A DNA stretch of 64,000 nt, taken from positions 5,696,001 to 5,760,000 of the forward strand of contig OY760175.1 of assembly GCA_963663165.1 (NCBI GenBank), written 5' to 3'. Under the pieces are notes generated by a model. It saw only the letters and a list, made by a program, of their open reading frames with translations. It searched no databases and was not told the DNA's origin. Source of the DNA: an uncultured Desulfospira sp. (GTDB lineage Bacteria > Desulfobacterota > Desulfobacteria > Desulfobacterales > Desulfobacteraceae). Made by a program: the position numbers and the translations under genes. Of this stretch, positions 1-9,800 are shown piece after piece; within the stretch, counting starts at the first letter, position 1; each line of letters starts with the position of its first letter.

Positions 1-147
1 GTGCTGCGCATTGAAATTTCATCCGTTAATCCCGGTAGGGCAGATTCAGCACAGTGAAACCCATCACTGGGCCGGAAACCGGATATCGCGAATCCCTCAG
101 GCTTCCGCATCCGGTATCCTGTCTCCCTTCTTCCGGTCTCCGTTTCT

Positions 148-1554
148 TTATCCCTTTTTCAACTGATCCCAGATGGATTCGATCTGCTGCCGGGCATAAT
201 CCCGGTCTTTGGTGTTATCCACCACGAAATCGGCGAACTGGAGTTTCTCGTCAATGGGCAGCTGGGCTTTGAGAATTTTGGCCGCCTCTTCGGTTGTGAT
301 GCCGTCCCGTTTGGCCAGGCGCTCGATCTGCACTTCTGAGGGCACATGGATGACCAGAAGCTTGTCAAACAAATACTGTAAATTCAATTCAATGAGCAGG
401 GGGATGGACACCTGGATAATGGCCTCCGGGTCTTTCTTACAAATTTCCTGAACCTGGTCAAAAAAGGCTTCGTAAATGGGCGGGTGGGTGAAGCTTTCCA
501 GTTTTTTGCGTTTTTCCATATCGCCGAAAACGATATCCGACATTTTCTTTCGATCCAGTGACCCGTCTTCGGCCAGCACCTGGCTGCCAAAGTAGCTGAC
601 AATTTTTGCCAGCCCGTCAGTCCCGGGCTCAACCACCTGGCGGGCAATCAGGTCAAAATCGATCAGGGGCGATCCCAAGTCGCTGAGCATGTCTGAAATG
701 GTGCTTTTGCCGCTGGCAATACCGCCGGTGACCCCTAGAAGAATATGCCGGCCGTCCAGCTTGACCTTTTTCATCATTTCATCCAGCCCCAGATAGACCG
801 GCGGAAATACCGGGGTCAGTTCACTTTCAGCACCGGCAAAGCTGATGGGATACCGGACGCCGCGCCGGTACAATGCCTCCAACCCGGAGAGGGCTTTTTC
901 CATCATGTCCGCCGGAACCGCCATCACCATTTCATCGTCCTGGGCATGGCCGTACCGGCGTTCGCCGTAACAGGGAATGCCCACCGAAGGCTTGCCGGTT
1001 TCATAACAGCGGACAATGGCATCAGAGCAAGAAGATTCCCCCACGCAGAAAAACTGCATGACCTCATAGTCCCGAAACTGTAAGGCATTGACCAGCATCA
1101 TGATCTGGGCCGGGTTGGCGTAAACCAACACAATGTCCGGGTCAAAGGGGTTGTACACCAGGGGGGCCATGGCCAGGGCCTCAAACTTGCCCAGGGGCAG
1201 GCGGGGAATTGAGGACTCGAATTTGCGGCCGTCAGCCTTGGTGGCCACCCAGACAATATTTCTAAAGGTCCCGTCCTTATGGGTTTCGGGCAGTTCCCTT
1301 AAGCCCAGGATCGAGGAGCAGGAGGAAAACAGAAAGTCATCCAGATCCGCCCCCACACTCCAGTCAAAGTTGCGGACCAGGTTAATCATCTGGCACATGG
1401 TCATTTTGCCCTGGGGGCGCCTCAGGAACGGGATGGTATCAAGGGACTGCTTTTTCTCCAGCATTTTAAAGGCAACCGGAAAGGACTTTAAGCGCAGGAG
1501 CAGTTCAAACCGTCTGATGATTTTTTCCCAGTTTTTTTTATGGTCACTGTCCAT
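148..1554 (-). CDS. coaE: DUF169-like domain fused to dephospho-CoA kinase
   Basis: C-terminal ~200 aa carry CoaE motifs (GVTGGIASGKST P-loop, DFDLIARQVV, LDRKKM, HPPI, IPLLIE, ADFVVDN). N-terminal ~260 aa are Cys-containing and DUF169-like (MTMCQ, SSCSD, IPCYGERRYG). Confidence 0.85.
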   Translation of the reverse strand: MDSDHKKNWEKIIRRFELLLRLKSFPVAFKMLEKKQSLDTIPFLRRPQGKMTMCQMINLVRNFDWSVGADLDDFLFSSCSSILGLRELPETHKDGTFRNIVWVATKADGRKFESSIPRLPLGKFEALAMAPLVYNPFDPDIVLVYANPAQIMMLVNALQFRDYEVMQFFCVGESSCSDAIVRCYETGKPSVGIPCYGERRYGHAQDDEMVMAVPADMMEKALSGLEALYRRGVRYPISFAGAESELTPVFPPVYLGLDEMMKKVKLDGRHILLGVTGGIASGKSTISDMLSDLGSPLIDFDLIARQVVEPGTDGLAKIVSYFGSQVLAEDGSLDRKKMSDIVFGDMEKRKKLESFTHPPIYEAFFDQVQEICKKDPEAIIQVSIPLLIELNLQYLFDKLLVIHVPSEVQIERLAKRDGITTEEAAKILKAQLPIDEKLQFADFVVDNTKDRDYARQQIESIWDQLKKG

Positions 1555-1679
1555 GGTTCATACCTCCTTTTTTGGAAAGGATGAAGAATGAGGGATGAAA
1601 TCACGGCATCCGGCAGGCTTCATGTCTTTCTTAAGTTTATTTTGGGCTAACAGCTAAAGGTAACAGCTAACAGCTAAAA

Positions 1680-2858
1680 TCACCGAAAGGCTACGGGCCG
1701 GTATTTGCCTTGCTTTAAGGCGGCCAGCAGGGCCTGTTCACTGTCAATTTCCTGCTCAAACACAGTGGCGTATGTGCCCACATTGAAAATATCATGGGCA
1801 TCACTGCCGCCGGTTGACGGCAGGCCAAGACCGTCGGCCACCTTCACGGCCAGTTCGTTTTCCGTGTCCGTGACTTTGCCGTTCCGGGTTTCTACCCCGT
1901 CCACCCATTTAAAGGCTTCGCGGTCCATGGCTTTTTCTATGGTCAACCCCACATCATCGGCCCCGAAGGCCAGAAATCCCCTGAAGGGGTGGGCCGCCAC
2001 AATGAACCCGCCCACGGCCGCCACCCGTTCTTTGAGGTCGGCAAGCTTTATAATGCCTTTGATATCCTCATCAAACCCGAACACCAGCATATCGCCTTGT
2101 TCCGTGATGATCTCATTGGCCCGCAGGACCAGGAAATCATGTTTCTCACCCAGGGCCTGCACCTCATCGGCCGGCCAGACGTAGTTATGATCGGACAGGC
2201 AAATGCCATTCAGGCCTATTCGTTTGGCTTCCTCAATCATGGCATCCACTGAGTCGGAGGCGCAGGGCGAGGCCGGCGAGGTGTGAAGGTGCATGTCGAT
2301 GACAAACCCTTCCCCGTTGAAATGGCCCGGCCCTGAAGATTTGGGAGGCTGCACAACGGGTTTCGGGGCGCCTGCCTGGTTTTCGGAAACAGTGGCGGAC
2401 GGTCCTTCGAGGGTGTCTTCGTCTGCCGGCATCACGGCCGCCAATCCGTTTTCTTCATTTTGCATAAACTGCTGCAAGGAAAGTTCCGGGTTGGCCTCTC
2501 TGGCCTGTTCCCAGCAGATCAGCTTAACGGTTTCCCGCACAGCGTGGCCGCATTCGATAAACAGGTTGGCAAAATGGCGGCAGGACCGCCGCCCGATGGT
2601 TTTGTGGATTTTATCGTCAATACCGGGTTGAAGGCAGAACCCGTTCGCCTCCTGGAGAAAATCAATGGCCTTTGGGCATTCGGTGGTTGTCCATCGCAGC
2701 CACCGGCCTTTAACGCCAGAGCAGACAAGATCGCTGAGATTGACCTTGAAGTCAATTTCTATGCTGTAAATGGAATCATCAAGGATCCCATGAACCCCGA
2801 GTGTTTCCTGGTCCAGCCGGGCCACGTTGACCACTTTGTTGCGCATGAAATCAAACAT
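1680..2858 (-). CDS. DUF2889-like N-terminal domain fused to PHP-family metal-dependent phosphoesterase
   Basis: PHP motifs DMHLHT, SDHN, AAHPFR, GGSDAH. N-terminus has ECP and SCRH motifs resembling DUF2889. Confidence 0.7.
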   Translation of the reverse strand: MFDFMRNKVVNVARLDQETLGVHGILDDSIYSIEIDFKVNLSDLVCSGVKGRWLRWTTTECPKAIDFLQEANGFCLQPGIDDKIHKTIGRRSCRHFANLFIECGHAVRETVKLICWEQAREANPELSLQQFMQNEENGLAAVMPADEDTLEGPSATVSENQAGAPKPVVQPPKSSGPGHFNGEGFVIDMHLHTSPASPCASDSVDAMIEEAKRIGLNGICLSDHNYVWPADEVQALGEKHDFLVLRANEIITEQGDMLVFGFDEDIKGIIKLADLKERVAAVGGFIVAAHPFRGFLAFGADDVGLTIEKAMDREAFKWVDGVETRNGKVTDTENELAVKVADGLGLPSTGGSDAHDIFNVGTYATVFEQEIDSEQALLAALKQGKYRPVAFR

Positions 2859-3383
2859 TTAAACCCCTCCTTCGCTGTCAGCAGCAAGCTTGGCCTCGTA
2901 TTCAAGAACCAGGGGCCCCCCCTTGGCAAAGGCGGCACACCGGTCATACAGGCGGATGCTTTTTTGGACCATATTGGAATAAAAAACGATTTTGCCGGCC
3001 TCGTCATCGGGTGCTTTTAAAAGCACTTTCCGGGTTAAGGTCAGGATGACGCCGTGACAGCATTCCTCCACCATATAGGCAAGTTGCTGCATTTTTTCTT
3101 CTTCACCCATCAGCCCCTTGATAATTTTGAGCATGCCGGCAGCCACCCTCACCCCGATCACGGACTGCAAGCGCTGGTCAAGGTCTTCAATTTCTCCCCA
3201 ATAGGCATGCCTGAAATGCCCGGAAATGGCAGCAATGGCCATATCCGGCATTTTCACCTCAATGGCAACTTTAGCATCGGTCAGGGTGTCGTTCAACCGG
3301 CACACGGAGCGCAGATTGGAATTCTCCATCTCATCAACACTGGTATTGCGGTTCATGGCAAATTTAACAATATTGTTCGACAT
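2859..3383 (-). CDS. hypothetical protein, DUF2889-like
   Basis: 174-aa ORF with GAGG RBS, abutting the downstream gene; weak resemblance to the N-terminal domain of the neighbour. Confidence 0.5.
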   Translation of the reverse strand: MSNNIVKFAMNRNTSVDEMENSNLRSVCRLNDTLTDAKVAIEVKMPDMAIAAISGHFRHAYWGEIEDLDQRLQSVIGVRVAAGMLKIIKGLMGEEEKMQQLAYMVEECCHGVILTLTRKVLLKAPDDEAGKIVFYSNMVQKSIRLYDRCAAFAKGGPLVLEYEAKLAADSEGGV

Positions 3384-3528
3384 GGCAAGGCCTCCTCGGT
3401 TACGGTACGTTGCTTGCGATAAACCTATACCCTCTTGGCAACAAAATTCAACACCAAATATTTACCAGGAAAATACCAGTAAAAACCTGGTAGTCTGGCC
3501 CGGACGATTTCAATTTGAGACTTTTGGA

Positions 3529-4521
3529 TTAATACAGCAGAAGTTGGGATCTCAGATTGGCTTTTTTATTGACCAATCCGATTTTTTTTCGGATATTTTC
3601 CCGGTGAAATTCCACCGTTCGCAAAGCAACATTAAAAAAATCGGCAATTTCCTTATTGGATCGTCCCTCTTTAATCAGGTTGGCGACCTGGATTTCCCGG
3701 GGGGTCAGATTAATCAGGGGCGATGAAAGCTGTTGGGAGAAGGGGGAGGTCAGATTCTCCAGGTTGGCCTGTAATGCCCCAAGGCATGTCCTCTGGGAAT
3801 CGGTAAGACGGCTCGTCCCCAGTTTTTCCAGATAGGGCAGCACAATTTTTTTCATGTTTGCCAGCACCTTGCCTTCAAGCTCGTCTTTGTCGTCTTCGCG
3901 GGCCTTGAGGATCACCCGCAAAGCAATATTGGCCTCTTCGAGTGTTTTTGATTTGAGGTCAAGTTCCGCAGTCCGCTTGATCAGAACCCCTTCGGCTTTT
4001 TTGCGTTCGCCAATTTCAGCATACAGCCGGTCATTGAGGATGGTCAGTTCACGGGTCCTCTCCCCAACCCGGGCTTCGAGCATGGCGCGTGCCTCGGCCA
4101 GTTCGTTTTCCGCTTTTTTCCGGTCCGTGATGTCCTTGGTAACATGAACCATCCCGACCATACGATTGTGGTCATCAAATATGGGTGAGGCGGAAATCAC
4201 AAATACTTTGCCCAGCCTCCGGTTTTCCACCTCAATGGTATGGGACCTCTGGTCCTGCACCACATCCTCAACCGGACATACACGGCAGTTTTTTTCCCTG
4301 CCCCACAACGCCTCGTGGCATTTGCAGTTTGCGATCTGATCAAGTTCAACCTGAAACCCTTCAAGAAACGATTGATTGGCTGAAATGATCCGTTTATCAA
4401 GGTCCAGAATCGTTACATAATCCGTGATGGCATCCAGGATCCGCCAGCACTGCCCCAGAACCGCAACGGCCTCTTCTCTGGTAATGCTTTCAGGTGCTTT
4501 TTTTGGGGCGTTTTTTTTCAT
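3529..4521 (-). CDS. PAS domain / LuxR-family transcriptional regulator
   Basis: PAS with CHE..CRVCP, coiled coil, C-terminal LuxR HTH (LTPREIQVANLIKEGRSNKEIA..RTVEFHRENIRKK). Start moved to ATG 4521. Confidence 0.9.
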   Translation of the reverse strand: MKKNAPKKAPESITREEAVAVLGQCWRILDAITDYVTILDLDKRIISANQSFLEGFQVELDQIANCKCHEALWGREKNCRVCPVEDVVQDQRSHTIEVENRRLGKVFVISASPIFDDHNRMVGMVHVTKDITDRKKAENELAEARAMLEARVGERTRELTILNDRLYAEIGERKKAEGVLIKRTAELDLKSKTLEEANIALRVILKAREDDKDELEGKVLANMKKIVLPYLEKLGTSRLTDSQRTCLGALQANLENLTSPFSQQLSSPLINLTPREIQVANLIKEGRSNKEIADFFNVALRTVEFHRENIRKKIGLVNKKANLRSQLLLY

Positions 4522-4758
4522 ATGTGTCTGCCGCTGTCCGCTTTTGTGTTGACCAATTGTACAGGGCTTATGCGGTTTGTCAACGGTCTTTGCCAAGAGA
4601 ATACTGCCCGCACAAAAATAAAGAAGGTATTTTTTAAATAGTTTTCAGATTTCATTGACTTTGCCCCCCCAAATATAGCATTTTACCATAAACCATCGAA
4701 GATACGGTTGAAATCAGTGCCGTATCTGTGCCCTCAACCTGGAGTGGAGGATTTCTTT

Positions 4759-5706
4759 ATGAGTTCCGGAATTTGTTCTGTCCCAAAGGAAATTCTTCTC
4801 AATAACCTGCATGAGCTGGTCAGCCACGAAAATACCGAAATGCGGATTTTATGGGCCAACCGGATGGCTTGCGAGCGGGGCGGGATGTCCCTGGATGATA
4901 TCGTGGGCGGCTTTTGTTATGAGGTCTGGGCCGGCCGGACAATGCCCTGTCCCGGTTGTCCGGTCCAAAGCGCCATGAAAACCGGAAAACCTCATACCCG
5001 GGAGGTGTTTGATAAAAACGGCAAAGCATGGCTGATTCACGGCTACCCCATCCGGGAGGCTGACGGCCAGATTACCAGCGGCATGGAGATCGCCCTGGAC
5101 ATTACAGATCAAAAGAGGGCTGAAAAGCGGCTGAAGCAATACCGTGACCGCCTTGAAGAGCTGGTGGAGCGAAGAACCTGCGATCTTTCCAAAACCAATG
5201 CCTGGCTTCGAAAAGAGATGGAGGAGCGGATTCTGGCTGAAAAGGCCCTTAAGATCCGGGAGCGGGAGCTGGAAGAAAAATCAATGTATCTGGAAGAGAC
5301 CAATATCGCTTTAAAGGTACTGCTAGAGCAGCGGGAAAAGGACCGGCAGGAACTGGAGGAAAACGTGCTGACCAATGTCAGAAAGTCGTTGCTGCCCTAT
5401 CTGGAAAAGCTCAAATACGCCGGGTCTTCCCAGGACCGGGAGACCTATTTTAAAATTCTGGAATCCGGCATGAAGCAGATCGTCTCCCCCTTTTTCCGTA
5501 ACATGGCCTTAACCCAGTTCAATATGACCCCCAAAGAACTTGAGATAGCGCATCTGGTCAGGGAGGGAAAATCCACCAAGGAAATTGCACAGCTTCTGAG
5601 CCTCTCTCCAAGGACCATTGATCTTCACCGCCTGAATATCCGGCGCAAACTGGGGCTAACCTCGAAAAAATCCAATCTTCGCTCCATTCTGCTGTCCCAT
5701 TCATAA
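4759..5706 (+). CDS. PAS domain / LuxR-family transcriptional regulator
   Basis: GGAGG RBS before ATG 4759; PAS with CYE..CPGCP; LuxR HTH (MTPKELEIA..GKSTKEIA..RTIDLHR). Confidence 0.9.
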   Translation: MSSGICSVPKEILLNNLHELVSHENTEMRILWANRMACERGGMSLDDIVGGFCYEVWAGRTMPCPGCPVQSAMKTGKPHTREVFDKNGKAWLIHGYPIREADGQITSGMEIALDITDQKRAEKRLKQYRDRLEELVERRTCDLSKTNAWLRKEMEERILAEKALKIRERELEEKSMYLEETNIALKVLLEQREKDRQELEENVLTNVRKSLLPYLEKLKYAGSSQDRETYFKILESGMKQIVSPFFRNMALTQFNMTPKELEIAHLVREGKSTKEIAQLLSLSPRTIDLHRLNIRRKLGLTSKKSNLRSILLSHS

Positions 5707-5856
5707 TACATATAAAACCTAGGTATTTCCTATGTGATCTTTAAGCATTGCCCAGTGGGCCTGTCTATCATATTTTTTTGCCATGGCAGACCGGTGACTC
5801 CGGCCTCAGCCGGGCAATACGATCATCATCCATATTTTAAAGGAGGTTTAACCATT

Positions 5857-7299
5857 ATGGCAATCAAGACCGAACAGGAATACCGTGACCGGGTGGCAGC
5901 CCTTAAACCCAATCTGTTTATCGGGGGCAAAAAAGTCGAAGATCTGACAGCCCATCCCGTGACCCGCGGGGTGATCGACGCCACCGCCAAGGTGTACCAG
6001 TTGACCATGGACCTCGAGTATGCCGAGGTGATGACCGCCACGTCCCATTTGACCGGCGAGCCCATCAGCCGGGCGCTTCATATCCATCAGAGCAAAATGG
6101 ATCTTTTCAAGCGCCTGGACATGGCGCGCTTGAGCAGTCAGAAGCTTGGAACCTGCAATTACCGTTGTCCGGGAAATGAAATGCTTCCCTCCCTTGCCGC
6201 CACCACCTGGGAAATTGACCACGATCTGGGGACAGAATACCATCAGCGGTTCAATGATTACATGAAATACATCCAGGAAAACGATCTTGTGGTCAGCGGT
6301 TCGGTTACCGATCCCAAAGGCGACCGGAGCAAACGGCCCCTGGAACAGGACCCTGACATGTATGTCAGGGTAGTGGAGAAAAAATCCGACGGCATTGTTG
6401 TCTGCGGTGCCAAGCAGCATGCCACAGGGGCATATGCAGCAGATGAAACCCTGGTTCTGCCCGGCATTACCACCAGAAAAGGCGAAGAAGACTATGCCGT
6501 GGCCTTTGTCATTCCCAACGGGACGAAAGGGGTGACCTATATCGGGCAGTACAATCCCTTCAGTGCGGAGCGCGAACATGAGGAAGATATCAATGTCCTT
6601 GGCAATCCCCTTTACGGCCAGCGGGAAACTTGCCTTATTGTTTTTGACCATGTGTTTGTTCCCTGGGAAAGGGTCTTTATGTGCGGAGAGACGGCATATA
6701 CCCAAAAATTCATTACCCGGTTTGCCAAGACCCACCGGATGAACTGCGGCGGGGCATGCAAGGTGGGGTTTATGGACCTGATCATTGGCGCGTCCCAGCT
6801 GATGGCTGAATACAACGGGCTGCCCGACGCCTCCCATATTGCCCAGAAAATTACGCGCATGCTGCAGCTCAACGACACCTCCCTTGCCTGTGCCACGGCA
6901 GCGGCCTGGTTCGGAAAGGAAGAACCGGAAGGATCAGGCGTTTACATGCCTGATGAGACCATGGGAAATATCGCCAAACTCAACACCAATGACGGCTTTT
7001 GGGAAGTCATGGCCCTGGCCGGCGATATTGCCGGCGGTATTCCCGCCACCATGCCCAGCGAGAAGGAGCTGGACAATCCTGAGGTAAAGGCCTATGTGGA
7101 AAAATACCTCAAGGCTGCCGCACCGGCAGACCAGCGAATGCGCATTTCACGTTTTTTGCAGAACTGGGTGGCCGGCCTTCACGGCCTTGGAACTTACCAG
7201 GGGTCAGGCCCCAGCCAGAGCCAGTACGTCTCCATTTACCGGGTGGCGGACCTGAAAAGCAAAAAGCAAATGGCCCTGGATCTGGCGTCGGGAAAGTAA
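5857..7299 (+). CDS. 4-hydroxybutyryl-CoA dehydratase / 4-hydroxyphenylacetate 3-hydroxylase family protein
   Basis: AGGAGG RBS before ATG 5857; motifs CNYRC, TDPKGDRS, DGIVVCGAK, FDHVFVPWERVF, HRMNCGGACK. Confidence 0.85.
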   Translation: MAIKTEQEYRDRVAALKPNLFIGGKKVEDLTAHPVTRGVIDATAKVYQLTMDLEYAEVMTATSHLTGEPISRALHIHQSKMDLFKRLDMARLSSQKLGTCNYRCPGNEMLPSLAATTWEIDHDLGTEYHQRFNDYMKYIQENDLVVSGSVTDPKGDRSKRPLEQDPDMYVRVVEKKSDGIVVCGAKQHATGAYAADETLVLPGITTRKGEEDYAVAFVIPNGTKGVTYIGQYNPFSAEREHEEDINVLGNPLYGQRETCLIVFDHVFVPWERVFMCGETAYTQKFITRFAKTHRMNCGGACKVGFMDLIIGASQLMAEYNGLPDASHIAQKITRMLQLNDTSLACATAAAWFGKEEPEGSGVYMPDETMGNIAKLNTNDGFWEVMALAGDIAGGIPATMPSEKELDNPEVKAYVEKYLKAAAPADQRMRISRFLQNWVAGLHGLGTYQGSGPSQSQYVSIYRVADLKSKKQMALDLASGK

Positions 7300-7379
7300 C
7301 CGCTAAAAAGGTTTGCAAAACAAATCCGTCAGTGTTATGGAACTTTAATCAACAACCCATCAAACATGAGGAAATGCGC

Positions 7380-7856
7380 ATGACTGAAAAAGCCTTTCAA
7401 GACTATTACCCTGATGATTTTTCCCACTGCTATGGATGCGGCAGGCTCAATGAACACGGACTGCACCTCAAAAGCTATTGGGATGGCGATGAGACCGTCT
7501 GCCGGTACCAGCCCCGGGCCTATTATACGGGAGGGTTTCCCGGTTTTGGATATGGCGGCCTTGTGGCATCACTGCTGGATTGTCACGGAACCGCTTCTGC
7601 GGCAGCCGCAAAATACCGGGAAGAGGGCCGCGACATGGGGACCGAGCCGGCGCTGCGATTTGTTACCGCCTCCCTGAAAGTGGATTTTATTGCCCCCACA
7701 CCCATAGACGGGGTTTTAGAGGTGCGCGGAAAAATCAAGGAAGTGAAAGGCCGTAAGGTCACCGTCACGGAAACCCTTTTGGCCGGCGATAAGGTAGTCG
7801 CAAAAGGTGAAATGATCGCTGTATCCATACCGGCTGATTTTATGGAAGGAAAATAG
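7380..7856 (+). CDS. PaaI-family hotdog thioesterase
   Basis: CYGCG..NEHGL, YGGLVASLLDCHG and VTASLKVDF motifs. Confidence 0.85.
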   Translation: MTEKAFQDYYPDDFSHCYGCGRLNEHGLHLKSYWDGDETVCRYQPRAYYTGGFPGFGYGGLVASLLDCHGTASAAAAKYREEGRDMGTEPALRFVTASLKVDFIAPTPIDGVLEVRGKIKEVKGRKVTVTETLLAGDKVVAKGEMIAVSIPADFMEGK

Positions 7857-7949
7857 ACGCCCACCACGGCAGTTTTTATTTCTGCCCCACAGGGCCTCAT
7901 GGCATTTTAAGCCGGCAGCTTGGCTTAATCCTGCCTGGTTCTTACGGGG

Positions 7950-8215
7950 TTTTATATGAAAGTCTCACTAACCTCCTGAGAAGACTTTCATTATTTGTTG
8001 TGGGCGGTTCTTGGTTGGATAACCAAGACGGCCCGTGGCCCTTATAAGAAACTGGAGACAAGAAACAAGAGACAAGAGGGCGAAGCACCTGCGGTGCCCA
8101 ATTTATAGACTACCGTTGCCGGTATCTTCAGTTTCATTATTCGTTGTGGGCTTGTGGCCCATGGCAGTTATATGAAAGTCTCACTAGCTGTCTGTAAAGA
8201 CTCCCATTTTTCGTT
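7950..8215 (+). repeat. ~90-bp double-hairpin repeat array, locus 1
   Basis: ATGAAAGTCT-N16-AGACTTTCAT then GTTGTGGGC..GCCCGTGGC; unit starts at 7956, 8046 and 8172. Confidence 0.9.
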
Positions 8216-8690
8216 AAGTCTTGAAGCACATTTGTGGGAAGAACCTGAAGTCCAGGCCGAGGAACGGCAGATGGACTGGCCGGACTATGCCCGGTTTGTT
8301 CTGTCCGAGTGTCCGGTCAATGCGAATAGGGCCAGTTTTATCCGCAGAACCCTGATCCGGAATCTAAGGGCACATCTGTCTGCTGGGGATGCCGGTTCAC
8401 AAGTGCGATCATACTGGATGGTTGAATACAAAAATATGTTTAACCGGTATGAATTCTGGTCTGTCAGGATTTTAGTCGGCAGGGACAGGGAAAACGATAT
8501 TCAGCTAAAAGATTCAGCTGTGTCCAAGCGCCATCTGATGCTGGCCTTTGATTTGCTCAACTGGTGGGCCATTGATCTGAAGAGCAAAAACGGTATCCGG
8601 GATCATGAATCAAATTGGGTCTCCTGCACCGTTATGAGTCCGGGCCGGCCGTTATATCTGGGAAACAGCAAGCTTATTTATCTGCCATGA
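8154..8690 (+). CDS. FHA-domain protein, probably a fragment; true start uncertain
   Basis: FHA motifs VGRDRENDI, VSKRH, DLKSKNG in the C-terminal half; the ORF 5' end runs through the repeat array. Confidence 0.55.
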   Translation: MAHGSYMKVSLAVCKDSHFSLSLEAHLWEEPEVQAEERQMDWPDYARFVLSECPVNANRASFIRRTLIRNLRAHLSAGDAGSQVRSYWMVEYKNMFNRYEFWSVRILVGRDRENDIQLKDSAVSKRHLMLAFDLLNWWAIDLKSKNGIRDHESNWVSCTVMSPGRPLYLGNSKLIYLP

Positions 8691-8719
8691 CCTTTTGCCT
8701 ATTATGAGGCGGAACAGCA

Positions 8720-9166
8720 TTGCTTGAGTTGGAATTCAAACGGGACAGAAAAAACTGGAAGCTGGATCAGGATCGGATCAGTATTGGGCGGGATGACTCA
8801 AATGACATCATACTTGGCGATGACCGGGCCTCCGGATTTCACGCCAATATTATCCGTAACCTGGACAAATTTGAAATCGTTGATCTTGGAAGTTCAAACA
8901 GGACTTTCATCAACAATGAATACCTCAAAGGCCGGCGGGAACTCAAACCCTGGGACCGCATCTGCTTTGCCGGTATCGAGGCGGAAGTCAAGGACACCGA
9001 AGGCCGTCAGCCCACAATGGTCCAGCCGGTGATTGATGATTCCTTTAATCCCCGGGACCGGTCAACGCCGCTCAATGGTCAGGCTAAATTAACAGCCTTG
9101 GAACCCTGTAACGGTGTGCCGGTCAGCGTAAATATCAGCCGGGCACCGCCCTCAAAGAGTCTCTGA
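8720..9166 (+). CDS. FHA-domain protein, probably truncated
   Basis: IGRDDSNDI, ASGFHA and DLGSSNRTFIN FHA motifs. Confidence 0.75.
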   Translation: MLELEFKRDRKNWKLDQDRISIGRDDSNDIILGDDRASGFHANIIRNLDKFEIVDLGSSNRTFINNEYLKGRRELKPWDRICFAGIEAEVKDTEGRQPTMVQPVIDDSFNPRDRSTPLNGQAKLTALEPCNGVPVSVNISRAPPSKSL

Positions 9167-9303
9167 CAATAGCCCATCAGGCGATTCTCGACGCCGTGGC
9201 AGACGGCAACGGCAGCCGGGGCATGGGCACCACGGTCGTGGCATTAAAGCGAAACGGCCGGGATTATGAGATCGCCTGGGTCGGACGGCCGGGTGGATCA
9301 TGA
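9151..9303 (+). pseudogene. PP2C-family (Stp1/PppA-like) phosphatase fragment
   Basis: Frame not in the ORF track reads AHQAILDAVADGNGSRGMGTTVVAL..YEIAWVG, then breaks off before the expected DSR. Confidence 0.7.
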
Positions 9304-9597
9304 GGACCTTGAAACCCTGGTGGGGGATGTCGGCCGGACAGACTGTTCTTAAAATTGAAGGAAGACCGGAGACCGGAATGCGTAAGTTTTTAGAATGCGC
9401 GGCATCCGGTCTCCCGCCTCCGGTTTCCGGTTTGCATCCTTGCCCCATTTCCCCAATTTGAGGTTTGTAATTTCCCCTTTAAGCAAACCGGGTAAGCTTA
9501 GAAATTCTTCCATAAATTTTCCTGAATCTAATCTTTTTCTAAAAATATAGCTGTAGGCTTTTGCCTGCGGCTCGACCCCTGCTTCTGATTTTTTTTT

Positions 9598-9787
9598 ATA
9601 TGAAAGTCTCACTAACGAGCTGAAAAGACTTTCATTTTTCGTTGTGGGCGGTGCTTGGTTGGATAACCAAGGCGGCCCGTGGCCGTTATATGAAAGTCTC
9701 TCTAACATCCTGAGAAGACTTTTATTTTTTTTTGTGGACGGTTCTTGGTTGGATCATCCAAGTCGTTCGTGACGGTTTATATAAAAA
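9598..9787 (+). repeat. ~90-bp double-hairpin repeat array, locus 2
   Basis: Units at 9600 and 9690 (exact 90-bp period), preceded by a T9 run. Confidence 0.9.
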
Positions 9788-9800
9788 GGACGTATAAAAA

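Noticed and set aside
9598..9787. 90-bp repeats as integron attC sites (CTAAC ... GTT)
   Set aside because: Sequences inside AAC and GTT do not pair as L boxes, and no ORFs lie between units.
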